Below, one piece after another: positions 27,489-36,945 of a stretch of 64,000 bases of DNA (the first letter of the stretch is position 1; the number at the start of each line of letters is the position of its first letter). The stretch lies in NCBI GenBank assembly GCA_964574685.1, contig CAZNOI010000005.1, positions 69,875 through 133,874 on the forward strand, in the 5' to 3' direction. The notes under the pieces were generated by a model. The model had not been told where the DNA came from. It did no database searches and saw only the letters and a program-made list of their open reading frames with translations. Both the position numbers and the translations under genes were made by a program. Source of the stretch: an uncultured Dehalococcoidia bacterium (GTDB taxonomy: Bacteria > Chloroflexota > Dehalococcoidia > SZUA-161).

Positions 27489-29825
27489 ATGACTGAGGGG
27501 ATTGATGCGGGACGCGGTCGCGTCTCAAGAGCGGTAGCCGAGGCCGGCGACGGCCTGCTGCGAGTAAGTGTGCGCGGCGTCGTTCAGGGGGTCGGCTTCA
27601 GGCCGTTCGTCTACCAGTTGGCCGGTGAGCACGGCCTCCGGGGATGGGTGTGCAACACCTCGGGTGACGTCAAGATCGAGGCGGAAGGAGCCCGGGAATC
27701 GCTGCAGCGCTTCCTTGAGGAGCTGACCAACAGGGCGCCGCCGATGGCACGGATAGAGGACGTTGCCTTCACCTGGGACTCGCCCTCGGGCTACACGTCA
27801 TTCGAGATTCGACAGAGTGTGGCCGAATCAGAGAAATACCAGCTCGTATCGCCGGATATCGCCACCTGTGATCAATGTCTGGCAGAGGTCCTGTCCCCGC
27901 AGGACAGGCGCTATCGCTATCCCTTCACTAACTGCACGAACTGCGGCCCTCGCTTCACGATAATCGAGGATATTCCCTACGACCGCCCCAAGACGACGAT
28001 GCGCGTCTTTACCATGTGTCCCGAGTGCCAACGTGAATACGAGGACCCGATGGACCGGCGCTTCCACGCTCAGCCGAACGCTTGTCCCGTGTGCGGACCG
28101 GAACTGAGCCTGCTTGACCCCGCAGGCCGACCGCTTCCCTGCGACGATACGCTGGCTGAGGCGGCGCGACTGCTGAGGAACGGCAACGTGCTGGCTGTCA
28201 AGGGGCTGGGAGGCTTCCTTCTGGCCTGCGACGCGACCAGCGAGACCGCAGTCCACACACTGAGAGAGCGCAAGAGGAGACCGCACAAACCCTTCGCCGT
28301 GATGCTGGCAGACCTGGACGAGGTCAGGCATCATTGCGAAGTATCTGAGCAGGAGGAAGAGCTTCTTCGTTCTCCGGCGAGTCCCATTGTCCTCCTCAGA
28401 TGGAGACATGGCTCGAACATCGCGAAGAGGGTAGCGCCCGGACTGGACTACATGGGAGTGATGATTCCGTACACGCCCATGCACCACCTGCTTCTTCGAG
28501 AGGCGCATTTGCCCCTGGTAATGACCAGCGGCAATCTGAGCGAGGAGCCTATAGCGAAGGATAACGACGAGGCGCTTGTCCGGCTTGGTGGAATCGCCGA
28601 CTGCTTCCTGGTGCACAATCGTGGCATTCACTCACGATATGACGACAGCGTCGCGCTGGTGGAGTTCGGGAAGGCGAGGGTGATTAGGCGGGCGCGAGGC
28701 TATGCTCCGTACCCGATCCATCTCCCTTTCTCGCTGAGACAAGTGCTCGCCTGCGGGCCTGAACTCAAGAACACTTTCTGTCTGATCAGAGACAATCATG
28801 CTTTCGTGAGCCAGCATATCGGGGACATGGAGAACCTCGAAACCATGAACCACTTCGAGAGCACGATTGAACTGTACAGGCAACTGTTCAGGATCGATCC
28901 CGAGATCGTGGCGTACGACATGCACCCCGAGTACCTGTCCACCAAGTATGCGCTGTCGCTGGCAGAAACAAGGAAGGACCTGGAGTTCGTGGCCGTCCAG
29001 CATCATCATGCCCACATCGTGAGCTGCATGGTGGAAAACGAGGTAAAGGAACCGGTAATCGGCGTTTCGTTCGACGGCACGGGTTACGGCACCGATGGCT
29101 GCATCTGGGGCGGCGAGTTCATGGTCGCCGATTTGAATGGTTTCCAGCGGCTGGGCCATTTCGAGTATGTACCCATGCCCGGAGGCGCGGTCTCGATCCA
29201 CCGCCCGTACCGCATGGCGGCAAGCTATGTGCTCACGTTGCTTGGGGGAGAGGCGTTGACCGCCGAGCTTCCGGCGTGCGCGGAAATGCAGGAGGGGGAA
29301 CTCGACATAATCCGCAGACAGCTTGCCAGCGGCATCAACTCACCCCTGACATCCAGCGCGGGCAGGCTATTTGACGCCGTGTCGGCGCTGATAGGTGTTC
29401 GCGGCGTGGCCGGCTACGATGCCCAGGCTGCCATTGAACTGGAGATGGTAGCGGCGGATGGGCAGTGGCCCTGCTACGACTACGTACTGGATGAACAGGA
29501 CGGCGTCTCGATCATGAGGCTGAGTGCTCTGTTCGCCGGGGTGCTCGGTGACCTTCGCGGCGGCGTGCCCCCGTCGGGGATATCGGCGAAGTTCCATGAG
29601 ACGATGGCGAGACTGATAGCGGACGTCTGCGACGGGATCAAGGCGAAGACAGGGATCTCCCGCGTGGCACTTAGCGGCGGTGTGTTCCAGAATCGGCTCT
29701 TGCTCAGGCTGGCAGTGTCTTCTCTGCAGAGCGCCGGTTTCGATGTCATAACGCATGAGAGAGTACCGACCAACGACGGCGGAGTTTCCCTGGGGCAGGC
29801 TGTTATCGCCGGCGTCGCTGGATGA
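27489..29825 (+). CDS. hypF: carbamoyltransferase HypF ([NiFe]-hydrogenase maturation)
   Basis: 778 aa. It has an acylphosphatase domain, two CxxC zinc fingers (NCTNCGPRF...CPECQREY), a YrdC domain and a Kae1-like domain. Confidence 0.9.
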   Translation: MTEGIDAGRGRVSRAVAEAGDGLLRVSVRGVVQGVGFRPFVYQLAGEHGLRGWVCNTSGDVKIEAEGARESLQRFLEELTNRAPPMARIEDVAFTWDSPSGYTSFEIRQSVAESEKYQLVSPDIATCDQCLAEVLSPQDRRYRYPFTNCTNCGPRFTIIEDIPYDRPKTTMRVFTMCPECQREYEDPMDRRFHAQPNACPVCGPELSLLDPAGRPLPCDDTLAEAARLLRNGNVLAVKGLGGFLLACDATSETAVHTLRERKRRPHKPFAVMLADLDEVRHHCEVSEQEEELLRSPASPIVLLRWRHGSNIAKRVAPGLDYMGVMIPYTPMHHLLLREAHLPLVMTSGNLSEEPIAKDNDEALVRLGGIADCFLVHNRGIHSRYDDSVALVEFGKARVIRRARGYAPYPIHLPFSLRQVLACGPELKNTFCLIRDNHAFVSQHIGDMENLETMNHFESTIELYRQLFRIDPEIVAYDMHPEYLSTKYALSLAETRKDLEFVAVQHHHAHIVSCMVENEVKEPVIGVSFDGTGYGTDGCIWGGEFMVADLNGFQRLGHFEYVPMPGGAVSIHRPYRMAASYVLTLLGGEALTAELPACAEMQEGELDIIRRQLASGINSPLTSSAGRLFDAVSALIGVRGVAGYDAQAAIELEMVAADGQWPCYDYVLDEQDGVSIMRLSALFAGVLGDLRGGVPPSGISAKFHETMARLIADVCDGIKAKTGISRVALSGGVFQNRLLLRLAVSSLQSAGFDVITHERVPTNDGGVSLGQAVIAGVAG

Positions 29826-29842
29826 ATTGAGGAGACTGAAGG

Positions 29843-30067
29843 ATGTGTCTGGCAATACCCGCACTTGTGAAATCGATAGAAGGCATGGAGGCGGACGTTG
29901 AGATTGGAGGAGTGAGCCGCAGGGCCAGTGTCATGCTCACGCCGGAAGTGAAGGTCGGCGACTACGTCCTGCTACATACCGGGTATGCCATAAGCGTGAT
30001 AGACGAAGAAGAGGCCCGGGAAACCCTCGACCTGCTATCGGAGATGGTGGAGGCCGCGGAAGACTGA
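29843..30067 (+). CDS. hypC: hydrogenase assembly chaperone HypC/HupF
   Basis: 74 aa. N-terminal MCLAIP signature. Confidence 0.85.
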   Translation: MCLAIPALVKSIEGMEADVEIGGVSRRASVMLTPEVKVGDYVLLHTGYAISVIDEEEARETLDLLSEMVEAAED

Positions 30068-30100
30068 TACGGCGCTGGAAGCCGGGCCCTCTATGCATTC

Positions 30101-31195
30101 ATGAAGTTCATCGACGAGTACCGCGACCCCGAACTGGCCAGGAAGCTGGTCGAGCGTATCCGCGAGAAGTCTACCAGGCCTGCACGGCTGATGGAGTTCT
30201 GCGGCGGGCACACGGTCGCCATCGCGAGGCACGGGATTCGCCAGCTCCTGCCTCCCACGGTCGAGATGCTTTCCGGCCCGGGCTGTCCCGTGTGCGTGAC
30301 TGCCAACGCTGACCTGGACAAGGCAATTGCGCTTGCTGGCGCGCCCGATTTGATACTGACGACATTCGGGGACATGATTAAGGTCCCGGCGAGCCGAAGC
30401 AGCCTGCAGCAGGCGAAGGCGGAAGGCGCAGATGTCAGGATTGTCTATTCGACTCAGGATGCCCTAGAGATCGCCGCGGCGAACCCTTCGAAGTCAGTTG
30501 TATTCATCGGGATCGGCTTTGAGACCACAGCCCCGACAGTGGCCGCTTCTGTGGTCCAGGCCGAGCAGAGACGATTGACGAACTACTATGTTCTGTCCCA
30601 GCACAAGATCTGCCCTCCCATAATCAAGGCTGTGCTCGACTCGGGAGAGGTGAAGCTGGACGGCATAGTATGCCCGGGTCACGTGAGTGCGATTATCGGG
30701 TCGGTGCCTTACGAGTTCATTCCCAGGGATTACGGAATAGGCTGCGTGGTGTCCGGGTTCGAACCCCTTGACATCCTGCAATGTGTTGAGATGCTGGTCG
30801 ACCAGGTGGAGTCGGGACAGCCCATAGTAGAAATCGCGTACCAGCGTGGTGTCAGGGAGACAGGCAACAGCACCGCACTGGAGCTACTGTATCGCGTGTT
30901 CGAGCTGTGCGAAGGGAACTGGAGGGGGGTCGGGACGGTGCCCGGCAGCGGGCTGAAGCTGCGACCCGAATACGAAAGCTTTGACGCGGAGAGGGCTTTT
31001 GACATCTCGCCGGGCGAGCCCGTGGAGCCGCAGGGATGCATTTGCGGCGATATCCTTCGAGGTGTAAGCACACCTCTGGAGTGCAGTCTCTTCAGGAGCG
31101 TATGCAACCCCGAGCATCCCGTGGGCCCTTGTATGGTGTCATCCGAGGGTAGCTGCGCTGCGTACTACCGGTACGAGGACGGCTATGGAAGATAG
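30101..31195 (+). CDS. hypD: hydrogenase maturation factor HypD
   Basis: 364 aa. Motifs CGGHT, GPGCPVC and the C-terminal CxxC cluster. Confidence 0.9.
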   Translation: MKFIDEYRDPELARKLVERIREKSTRPARLMEFCGGHTVAIARHGIRQLLPPTVEMLSGPGCPVCVTANADLDKAIALAGAPDLILTTFGDMIKVPASRSSLQQAKAEGADVRIVYSTQDALEIAAANPSKSVVFIGIGFETTAPTVAASVVQAEQRRLTNYYVLSQHKICPPIIKAVLDSGEVKLDGIVCPGHVSAIIGSVPYEFIPRDYGIGCVVSGFEPLDILQCVEMLVDQVESGQPIVEIAYQRGVRETGNSTALELLYRVFELCEGNWRGVGTVPGSGLKLRPEYESFDAERAFDISPGEPVEPQGCICGDILRGVSTPLECSLFRSVCNPEHPVGPCMVSSEGSCAAYYRYEDGYGR

Positions 31196-32189
31196 GGTGC
31201 TGCTTGCGCACGGCAGCGGCGGCAAGCTGAGCCATGATCTCATCTCTGACAACCTTCTCCCGGCTTTCGGCAATGTCTACCTGGACAAGCTCGACGATTC
31301 AGCGGTGTTCGATCTCAGCGGACGCCTAGCAATGACCACCGACAGCTACGTCGTGAACCCGATCTTCTTCCCCGGAGGCGACATCGGGAGGCTGGCGGTC
31401 TGTGGGACTGTCAACGACCTGGCGATGTGCGGCGCAGCACCGAAGTACCTCAGCATATCGCTGATCATCGAGGAAGGCCTGCGCATGGCCGACCTGCGCC
31501 TGGTGGTGGAATCCATCCGCGATGCGGCGAGCGAGGCAGGAGTCATGATCGTTACCGGCGACACCAAGGTGGTCGACAACGGCAGCGCCGACATGCTGTT
31601 CATTAACAGCACCGGGGTAGGGGTTGTGCCGGATGGTCTCAGTATCTCCGGTTCGAGCGCCAAGCCGGGAGATGCGGTCATTCTCAGCGGCCCCATCGGC
31701 GATCACGGAATAGCGGTCATGAGCAAGAGAGAGGGCCTGGAATTCGGCACGCCGGTTGAGAGCGACTGTGCGCCCCTCAACGGGCTCGTGGCCGACATGC
31801 TGTCGACCGGGGCCGAGATCCATTGCATGCGTGACCCCACCAGGGGCGGTCTCGCGAGCACACTCAATGAGTTCGCCGGCAGCTCCGGCGTAGGCATACG
31901 CATTGAAGAGACGGCGATACCTGTGCGAGAGGCAGTGCGCGGCGCCTGCGAGCTGCTGGGCTTTGACCCGCTCTATGTCGCCAACGAAGGGAAGCTCGTC
32001 GCGGTGGTTGCACCAGAGTCTTCGAGCAAGCTGGTCGACATAATGCGCTGGCACAAGTACGGGACCGACGCCGCCGTCATCGGAGAGGTGGTATCGGACC
32101 ACCCCGGCCGTGTTGTAATGAAGACGGCGATGGGAGCTTTGCGCATTGTGGACATGCTGGTGGGGGAGCAGCTTCCCAGAATCTGCTGA
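31185..32189 (+). CDS. hypE: hydrogenase maturation factor HypE
   Basis: 334 aa. PurM-like fold. It overlaps hypD by 11 nt. Confidence 0.9.
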   Translation: MEDRVLLAHGSGGKLSHDLISDNLLPAFGNVYLDKLDDSAVFDLSGRLAMTTDSYVVNPIFFPGGDIGRLAVCGTVNDLAMCGAAPKYLSISLIIEEGLRMADLRLVVESIRDAASEAGVMIVTGDTKVVDNGSADMLFINSTGVGVVPDGLSISGSSAKPGDAVILSGPIGDHGIAVMSKREGLEFGTPVESDCAPLNGLVADMLSTGAEIHCMRDPTRGGLASTLNEFAGSSGVGIRIEETAIPVREAVRGACELLGFDPLYVANEGKLVAVVAPESSSKLVDIMRWHKYGTDAAVIGEVVSDHPGRVVMKTAMGALRIVDMLVGEQLPRIC

Positions 32190-32217
32190 TACGCGGCCCT
32201 CTGCGTCTGAAGGTGTA

Positions 32218-32475
32218 GTGAGCGGACTCGGGCAGTCAACCGGAGAGAGCCGTGCCTACTGTGCCAGGCACCGTCGCTACTATCTGGCGGCTTCAAGTTG
32301 CGAGCTGTGCACGTATGAGGAGAGGGTGAAGACAAGGGGCGAGACTGTACTGTCCAGGCTTCTCCAGTGCCCGGCGTGCGATCAGATGTCGCTCCTGTGG
32401 TATCCGTGCCGCAACATGTGCGAATGCCTCAACCTGGAGTGCAAGCTCCAGCTTGCGGACGAGAAGGACTACTAG
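32218..32475 (+). CDS. small Cys-rich zinc-ribbon protein (85 aa; hypothetical)
   Basis: GTG start at 32218, right after the hypE stop. Translation VSGLGQSTGESRAYCARHRRYYLAASSCELCTYEERVKTRGETVLSRLLQCPACDQMS...CRNMCECLNLECK. It has paired CxxC motifs 19 aa apart plus 4 further Cys. The track ORF 32146..32475 is the same frame with an earlier start inside hypE. Confidence 0.4.
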   Translation: MSGLGQSTGESRAYCARHRRYYLAASSCELCTYEERVKTRGETVLSRLLQCPACDQMSLLWYPCRNMCECLNLECKLQLADEKDY

Positions 32476-32484
32476 TCGGCTGCC

Positions 32485-32829
32485 CTAGTCCTCCAGTTCA
32501 AGACTCTCCAGGTAGACCTCCTCACCGGAGAAGAGCTCCACGTTCGTGCTGCCGCAATTGGGGCACTGCGAATGCTCTGCGTCCGCCGGGAACACCTGGG
32601 CGCAATCCCCGCACCTGTAGACGTCCGAGAAGACATCAATCTCGATTGTGGCACCCTCGGCGATAGTGTCTTTGGCCGAGGCCTGGATGCAGGTAGTCAT
32701 CGCTTCCGGCGTGATATGCGTCTTGCCGCCGAGCCTCACCTTGATCAGGCTGATTCGCTTGGCTTTGTGCTTTTCGGCTTCCTGCAAAGCGTGTTTCACC
32801 ACGCCGTCCGCTATGTGGAATTCGTGCAT
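32485..32829 (-). CDS. hypA: hydrogenase nickel-incorporation protein HypA
   Basis: Start chosen at the internal Met (MHEFHIADGVV...), which matches the HypA N-terminus MHE(L/F)S. The C-terminal zinc site is CGDC...CPNCGS. Confidence 0.8.
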   Translation of the reverse strand: MHEFHIADGVVKHALQEAEKHKAKRISLIKVRLGGKTHITPEAMTTCIQASAKDTIAEGATIEIDVFSDVYRCGDCAQVFPADAEHSQCPNCGSTNVELFSGEEVYLESLELED

Positions 32830-33287
32830 GAGTTCCTCCGTAGCCTTTCCATAATCATGTTCACGCAGATGGGTACAGCCTCCCGGACCTCGGGTGTGCA
32901 TTCTTCACCGAACGTGCCCGCATCCTCAATGGCGATACCGAAGATGACCATCTCGCGGGGGAGGTCCATCTCAAGCCTGCGGCCGAGGTCGAGCGCCGTT
33001 GCGAAGTTGACGTCGTGAACCGAAGATAGGTGCCTGGCCTCGTCGAAGGCCTCGGGTGAGAGTTGAAGCACCTCCCCCGGTCGGTAGCCTGCCATCTCTA
33101 CTGCGTCGACTATGAACGCTCTGTCATAGCCAGAGAGTATGTCCAGCAGCCTGAGACCAGCGAGACTGGTCTCTTCCACAGTGACGTCGCTGTTGTCGAT
33201 TCTGGACTTCAGTTCGGACGCCACCAGCAGTCCCACGCTGTCATCGCTTAGTATGGGATTACCCAGCCCCAGTATAAGTGTTCTCAA
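32811..33287 (-). CDS. hydrogenase maturation endopeptidase (HycI/HyaD/HoxM family)
   Basis: 158 aa. It starts MRTLILGLGNPILSDDSVG and has a conserved Asp/His metal site. It overlaps hypA. Confidence 0.8.
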   Translation of the reverse strand: MRTLILGLGNPILSDDSVGLLVASELKSRIDNSDVTVEETSLAGLRLLDILSGYDRAFIVDAVEMAGYRPGEVLQLSPEAFDEARHLSSVHDVNFATALDLGRRLEMDLPREMVIFGIAIEDAGTFGEECTPEVREAVPICVNMIMERLRRNSCTNST

Positions 33288-33398
33288 CAGACCACTCTCG
33301 CCGTCGATTATACCTGAGGGATACCCCCCGGAACAACGCGTTAATCCGATGCTGGTTTCGAGGCGTACCCCCCGACTGAGCCAGTTATGATTGCTGCG

Positions 33399-33427
33399 CT
33401 GGACATACCGTTATGGAAAACGTATAA
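33399..33427 (+). promoter_or_regulatory. sigma70-like promoter candidate (TGGACA-N17-TATAAT) for the hydrogenase operon
   Basis: TGGACA at 33399..33404, a 17-nt spacer, then TATAAT at 33422..33427. It sits in the 390-nt divergent intergenic region and implies a roughly 240-nt leader before 33678. Confidence 0.35.
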
Positions 33428-33677
33428 TCTCAGGAGGGAGCGGCAATTCCGCGCAAGGCGTGCTTCGCAATGCCACCGGGCGGCTCAACCACAGGAGTTC
33501 AATGGGGACGGGGACCCCTGGCAGACAGCAGGACAGGCGCTTCCGTTCAGGTCAGCCTCGACCGATATCCGTTCCTATCCCAATCCAGTTTCGCCCGGAA
33601 CCCGGTTGGGCGGGCTACCTGACAGTATCCCCATTCCGGGCTACCATCCGAAGTAACTAGCGACAGGAGGCCTCAGT

Positions 33678-35465
33678 ATGTGGAAGACAGACAGCACGGG
33701 AAAGGGGCGTGCGGAAGACGCGGTGATGCAGTTCCTTCCGCCATGCCAGATTCGATGTCCCATCAACGAGGATATCCAGCGTACCAACGTGCTCATATCT
33801 CTCCTGCCAGAAGACCCGAACCAGGCCAAAGAAGGTATCATCCAGATAGGTGACTACCTCTACGACAAGAACCCTTTCTTCACGGTCTGCGGCTACATCT
33901 GCGGCCTCTGTGAGAACGACTGCAACTACCGGACGAGGGGCGGCTCTATCAAGAGGCGCCTGCTCAAGCGCTTCCTCTCGGATACCTATACGCCGTATCT
34001 ATCTCAGAAGAAGCCGCTCGAAGTGAAGAAGGACAAGGACAAGGTGGCGGTCATCGGCGGCGGGCCCGGCGGCCTTATGTGCGCATATGAACTGAGCAAG
34101 AGGGGCTACAGGGTAACACTCTTTGACGACGCCGACAAGCTCGGGGGCGCCGTGAGGTACATTCCCGAGTACCGCCTTCCCGAAGAGGTTATGGACGCGG
34201 TAGTTGACAACCTGGTCCGGATAGCTGGCATAGAAGTCAAGCTGAAGACCAAGGTCGGCGAGGGCGGAGTCACGCTTCAGAAGCTGCGGGATGAAGGCTA
34301 CAAGGCGTTCTTCATTGCCACCGGAACTCCCTACCCTCGGCCACTGACCTTCGAAGGCGCCAAGGTCGAGGGCCAGGAGCAGGAGGGCGTCATGTACGGC
34401 CTCAAGCTCCTCTGGGATGCCAACAGGGGAGAAGTGCCGTCCGACCGCTTCAAGGGTAAGGATGTTATCGTAGTCGGTGGCGGCAACGTGGCCTTCGACG
34501 TCGCTCGGACCGCCAGGCGGCTTGGCGGCGACGTCACGCTGGTGGCTCTGGAGGTGCTGGACAAGGCATCGAAGGATGCGATCCCGGCGGATGTCGAGGA
34601 GATCGAAGGAGCGCGCGAAGAGGGAATACGAATCATCCCGTCGCGCGGAGTGCGAGGAATAGCGAAGTCGGACGGCAAGCTGAAGCTCGATTGCCCGCTC
34701 TGTGTCAGCGTGTTCGACGAGAAGGGATTCAATCCACAGTTCGAGTGTGCGGACTGCATTCCGCTGGAGGCCGACAACGTTCTGATTACCATTGGCCAGA
34801 TGGGGGACCGAGCGTTCCTTCAGAACGAGGGCCTCTTCAACGAAGCGGGCAGACTGCAGGTCGATCCGGTCGATCTGCGGGGGCGGGTTCCCGATGTGTT
34901 CATAGGCGGCGATGTGCGGCGAATCGGTTTCCTCGCTGACGCCATGCAGGAGGGCGTTGAGGCGGCTGAGTCCATCGATCGCTATCTGAGCGGGGTTGAC
35001 CTGAAACGGGACAGGGTACGCGAGTACAGCCCGTACGATGCGCCTTACCGCAGCAGGTATGAGGAAGAGCCGAAGCACAAGTGGATGCCCGCTGACAGCC
35101 GGATGAACTTCAATATGTTCGAGCAGGGATTCACCCTGCCGGAGGCGATCGAGGAGGCGAGGAGGTGCATTACCTGCGGGCCGTGCGTGTCCTGCAAAGC
35201 ATGCGTCTCAGTCGGCATCCAGGACGAGCTGACCCCGGCGCAGGTGGATGAGGACCTGTGTTGCGGCTGCAAGATGTGCTTTTATGCCTGCAACTACGAT
35301 GCCGCGGGACTCAAGGAGGTCGACGGCAGGCTCGTCTCCTACACGGACGAGCTGAAGTGCAAGTCGTGCGGCATGTGTGTGGCGGCCTGTCCGTCGGGTG
35401 CGAGGTCGCTCTCCGGTGACAGGACACCCGCCCGAATCCAGGAGGTCTACAGTGCTCTCCGGTAG
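33678..35465 (+). CDS. GltD/NfnB/SudA-like FAD- and NAD(P)H-binding oxidoreductase with a C-terminal 2x[4Fe-4S] ferredoxin domain (hydrogenase-associated)
   Basis: 595 aa. The N-terminal Cys cluster is CQIRCPINEDI...CGYICGLCENDCNY (the GltD-type helical ferredoxin). FAD motif VAVIGGGPGGLMCAYEL. NAD(P) motif VIVVGGGNVAFDVART. C-terminal cluster motifs are CITCGPCVSCKAC and CKSCGMCVAACP. Confidence 0.75.
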   Translation: MWKTDSTGKGRAEDAVMQFLPPCQIRCPINEDIQRTNVLISLLPEDPNQAKEGIIQIGDYLYDKNPFFTVCGYICGLCENDCNYRTRGGSIKRRLLKRFLSDTYTPYLSQKKPLEVKKDKDKVAVIGGGPGGLMCAYELSKRGYRVTLFDDADKLGGAVRYIPEYRLPEEVMDAVVDNLVRIAGIEVKLKTKVGEGGVTLQKLRDEGYKAFFIATGTPYPRPLTFEGAKVEGQEQEGVMYGLKLLWDANRGEVPSDRFKGKDVIVVGGGNVAFDVARTARRLGGDVTLVALEVLDKASKDAIPADVEEIEGAREEGIRIIPSRGVRGIAKSDGKLKLDCPLCVSVFDEKGFNPQFECADCIPLEADNVLITIGQMGDRAFLQNEGLFNEAGRLQVDPVDLRGRVPDVFIGGDVRRIGFLADAMQEGVEAAESIDRYLSGVDLKRDRVREYSPYDAPYRSRYEEEPKHKWMPADSRMNFNMFEQGFTLPEAIEEARRCITCGPCVSCKACVSVGIQDELTPAQVDEDLCCGCKMCFYACNYDAAGLKEVDGRLVSYTDELKCKSCGMCVAACPSGARSLSGDRTPARIQEVYSALR

Positions 35466-35499
35466 GCTGGGGAAGCTACTCTCTAGGAGGTCGACGAAA

Positions 35500-35916
35500 A
35501 TGTCCGATGGCGAACCGAAAGTCGTTTGTTTCTCCTGCAATTTCAGTTGGGGCTACCTGGCCGACAGAGATGCCCTTGCGTCGCAGGTCAAGAACTGGGT
35601 CCCGGTCGTGTGCACAGGCAAGATCGATATTACGCACATACTTGATGCCTTTCGGGCGGGCGCCGACGGGGTGCTGATCCTTGGGTGCCCCGAAGGTGAC
35701 TGCCACTTCCAGGACGGCAACATCGAGTGCAAGAAGAGGGTCTTCCTGCTAGGGAAGCTGCTGGAGGACTACGGGATCGAGAAGGACAGGCTTCGGATCG
35801 AGCTTGCAAGCGACCCCGATGGCAGCAAGCTCCCGCAGATGGTCAAGCAGATGAGCGAGAGCATTGCCCGGCTGGGCCCCGTCAAGAAAGTCGAGGCGCC
35901 AAGCAAGGTGGCATAG
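35500..35916 (+). CDS. mvhD: MvhD-like hydrogenase delta subunit ([2Fe-2S])
   Basis: Start at the internal ATG 35500, preceded by AGGAGG. Translation MSDGEPKVVCFSCNFSWGY...VVCTGKIDITHILDAFRAGADGVLILGCPEGDCHFQDG is the MvhD signature. Confidence 0.8.
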   Translation: MSDGEPKVVCFSCNFSWGYLADRDALASQVKNWVPVVCTGKIDITHILDAFRAGADGVLILGCPEGDCHFQDGNIECKKRVFLLGKLLEDYGIEKDRLRIELASDPDGSKLPQMVKQMSESIARLGPVKKVEAPSKVA

Positions 35917-35959
35917 ACGCCTGCAGGGAGAATCGACTGAATGGAGAGAGGAGTTCATT

Positions 35960-36925
35960 ATGGCTGACAAACCGAAGGTTGCGATTTGCTGGCTCGGGTC
36001 CTGCGGTGGCTGCGATGAAGCAGTGGTCGACATAAACGAAGCGGTCCTCACTGTGGCCGATGCCACGGATATCATTCTGTGGCCGGTGGCGCTGGACTAC
36101 AAGTACCACCACATAGAGGCCATGCAGGACGGTGAGATCACACTGAGTATCATCAATGGTCATATCAGGAACTCGGAGCAGGAAGAGGTGGCTAGGCTGC
36201 TCAGGAAGAAGTCCAAGCTCGTCCTGGCGTTCGGCGCATGTGCCTGCTTCGGAGGCACGCCGGGCATGGCCAACTTCAGAACCAAGGACGACATTTTCAA
36301 CTGGGTGTACCGGGATGCGCCCACGGTGGTCAACCCGAATGACAACAGGCCGCAGCCGAAGTCTACTGTCAACGGCAAGGAGCTAACCCTGCCTGAGTTC
36401 TACGAGCAGGTCTACGCTCTGAACCAGAGCATCGACGTGGACTACTATCTCCCCGGTTGTCCGCCTCCTCCGGACCTGATTGTAAACGCGGTGATGGCGG
36501 TGCTCGAGGGACGCCTCCCCGAAAAGGGCTCGACGCTGGCGCCGGCCCGGGCGCTTTGTGATACCTGCCCGCGCAACAAGACCAAGCCGGACAAGATATC
36601 GGTCAAGGAGTTCAAGCGGATACACGAGGTGGAGGCCGACCCCGATACATGCTTCCTGGCTCAGGGTATCGTGTGCCTGGGACCGGCTATTCGCTCCGGT
36701 TGCGGCGAGGCTTGCATGAATATCAACATCCCGTGCAGAGGCTGCTTCGGCCCTGTCGAGGGAGTGGGCGACGCTGGAGCCAGGCTGCTGTGCTCGCTGG
36801 CGTCGATTGTCGAGGCGGAGAGCGACAGTGAGCTGGAACAGGTGATGAGCACACTGGCCGATCCGGCCGGATACGCATACAGGTTCTCGGCGCCGATCTC
36901 GACACTGGTCAAGAAGCGGGTCTAG
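35960..36925 (+). CDS. mvhG: [NiFe]-hydrogenase small subunit (MvhG-like)
   Basis: Start at the internal ATG 35960. MADKPKVAICWLGSCGGCDEAVVD is the proximal-cluster motif. The C-terminus has additional Cys clusters. Confidence 0.85.
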   Translation: MADKPKVAICWLGSCGGCDEAVVDINEAVLTVADATDIILWPVALDYKYHHIEAMQDGEITLSIINGHIRNSEQEEVARLLRKKSKLVLAFGACACFGGTPGMANFRTKDDIFNWVYRDAPTVVNPNDNRPQPKSTVNGKELTLPEFYEQVYALNQSIDVDYYLPGCPPPPDLIVNAVMAVLEGRLPEKGSTLAPARALCDTCPRNKTKPDKISVKEFKRIHEVEADPDTCFLAQGIVCLGPAIRSGCGEACMNINIPCRGCFGPVEGVGDAGARLLCSLASIVEAESDSELEQVMSTLADPAGYAYRFSAPISTLVKKRV

Positions 36926-36945
36926 GAAGTCAAGGAGGAGCGACA

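Noticed and set aside
33999-35078. 359-aa minus-strand ORF
   Set aside because: Antisense to the GltD-like flavoprotein, which has clean FAD, NAD and Fe-S motifs.
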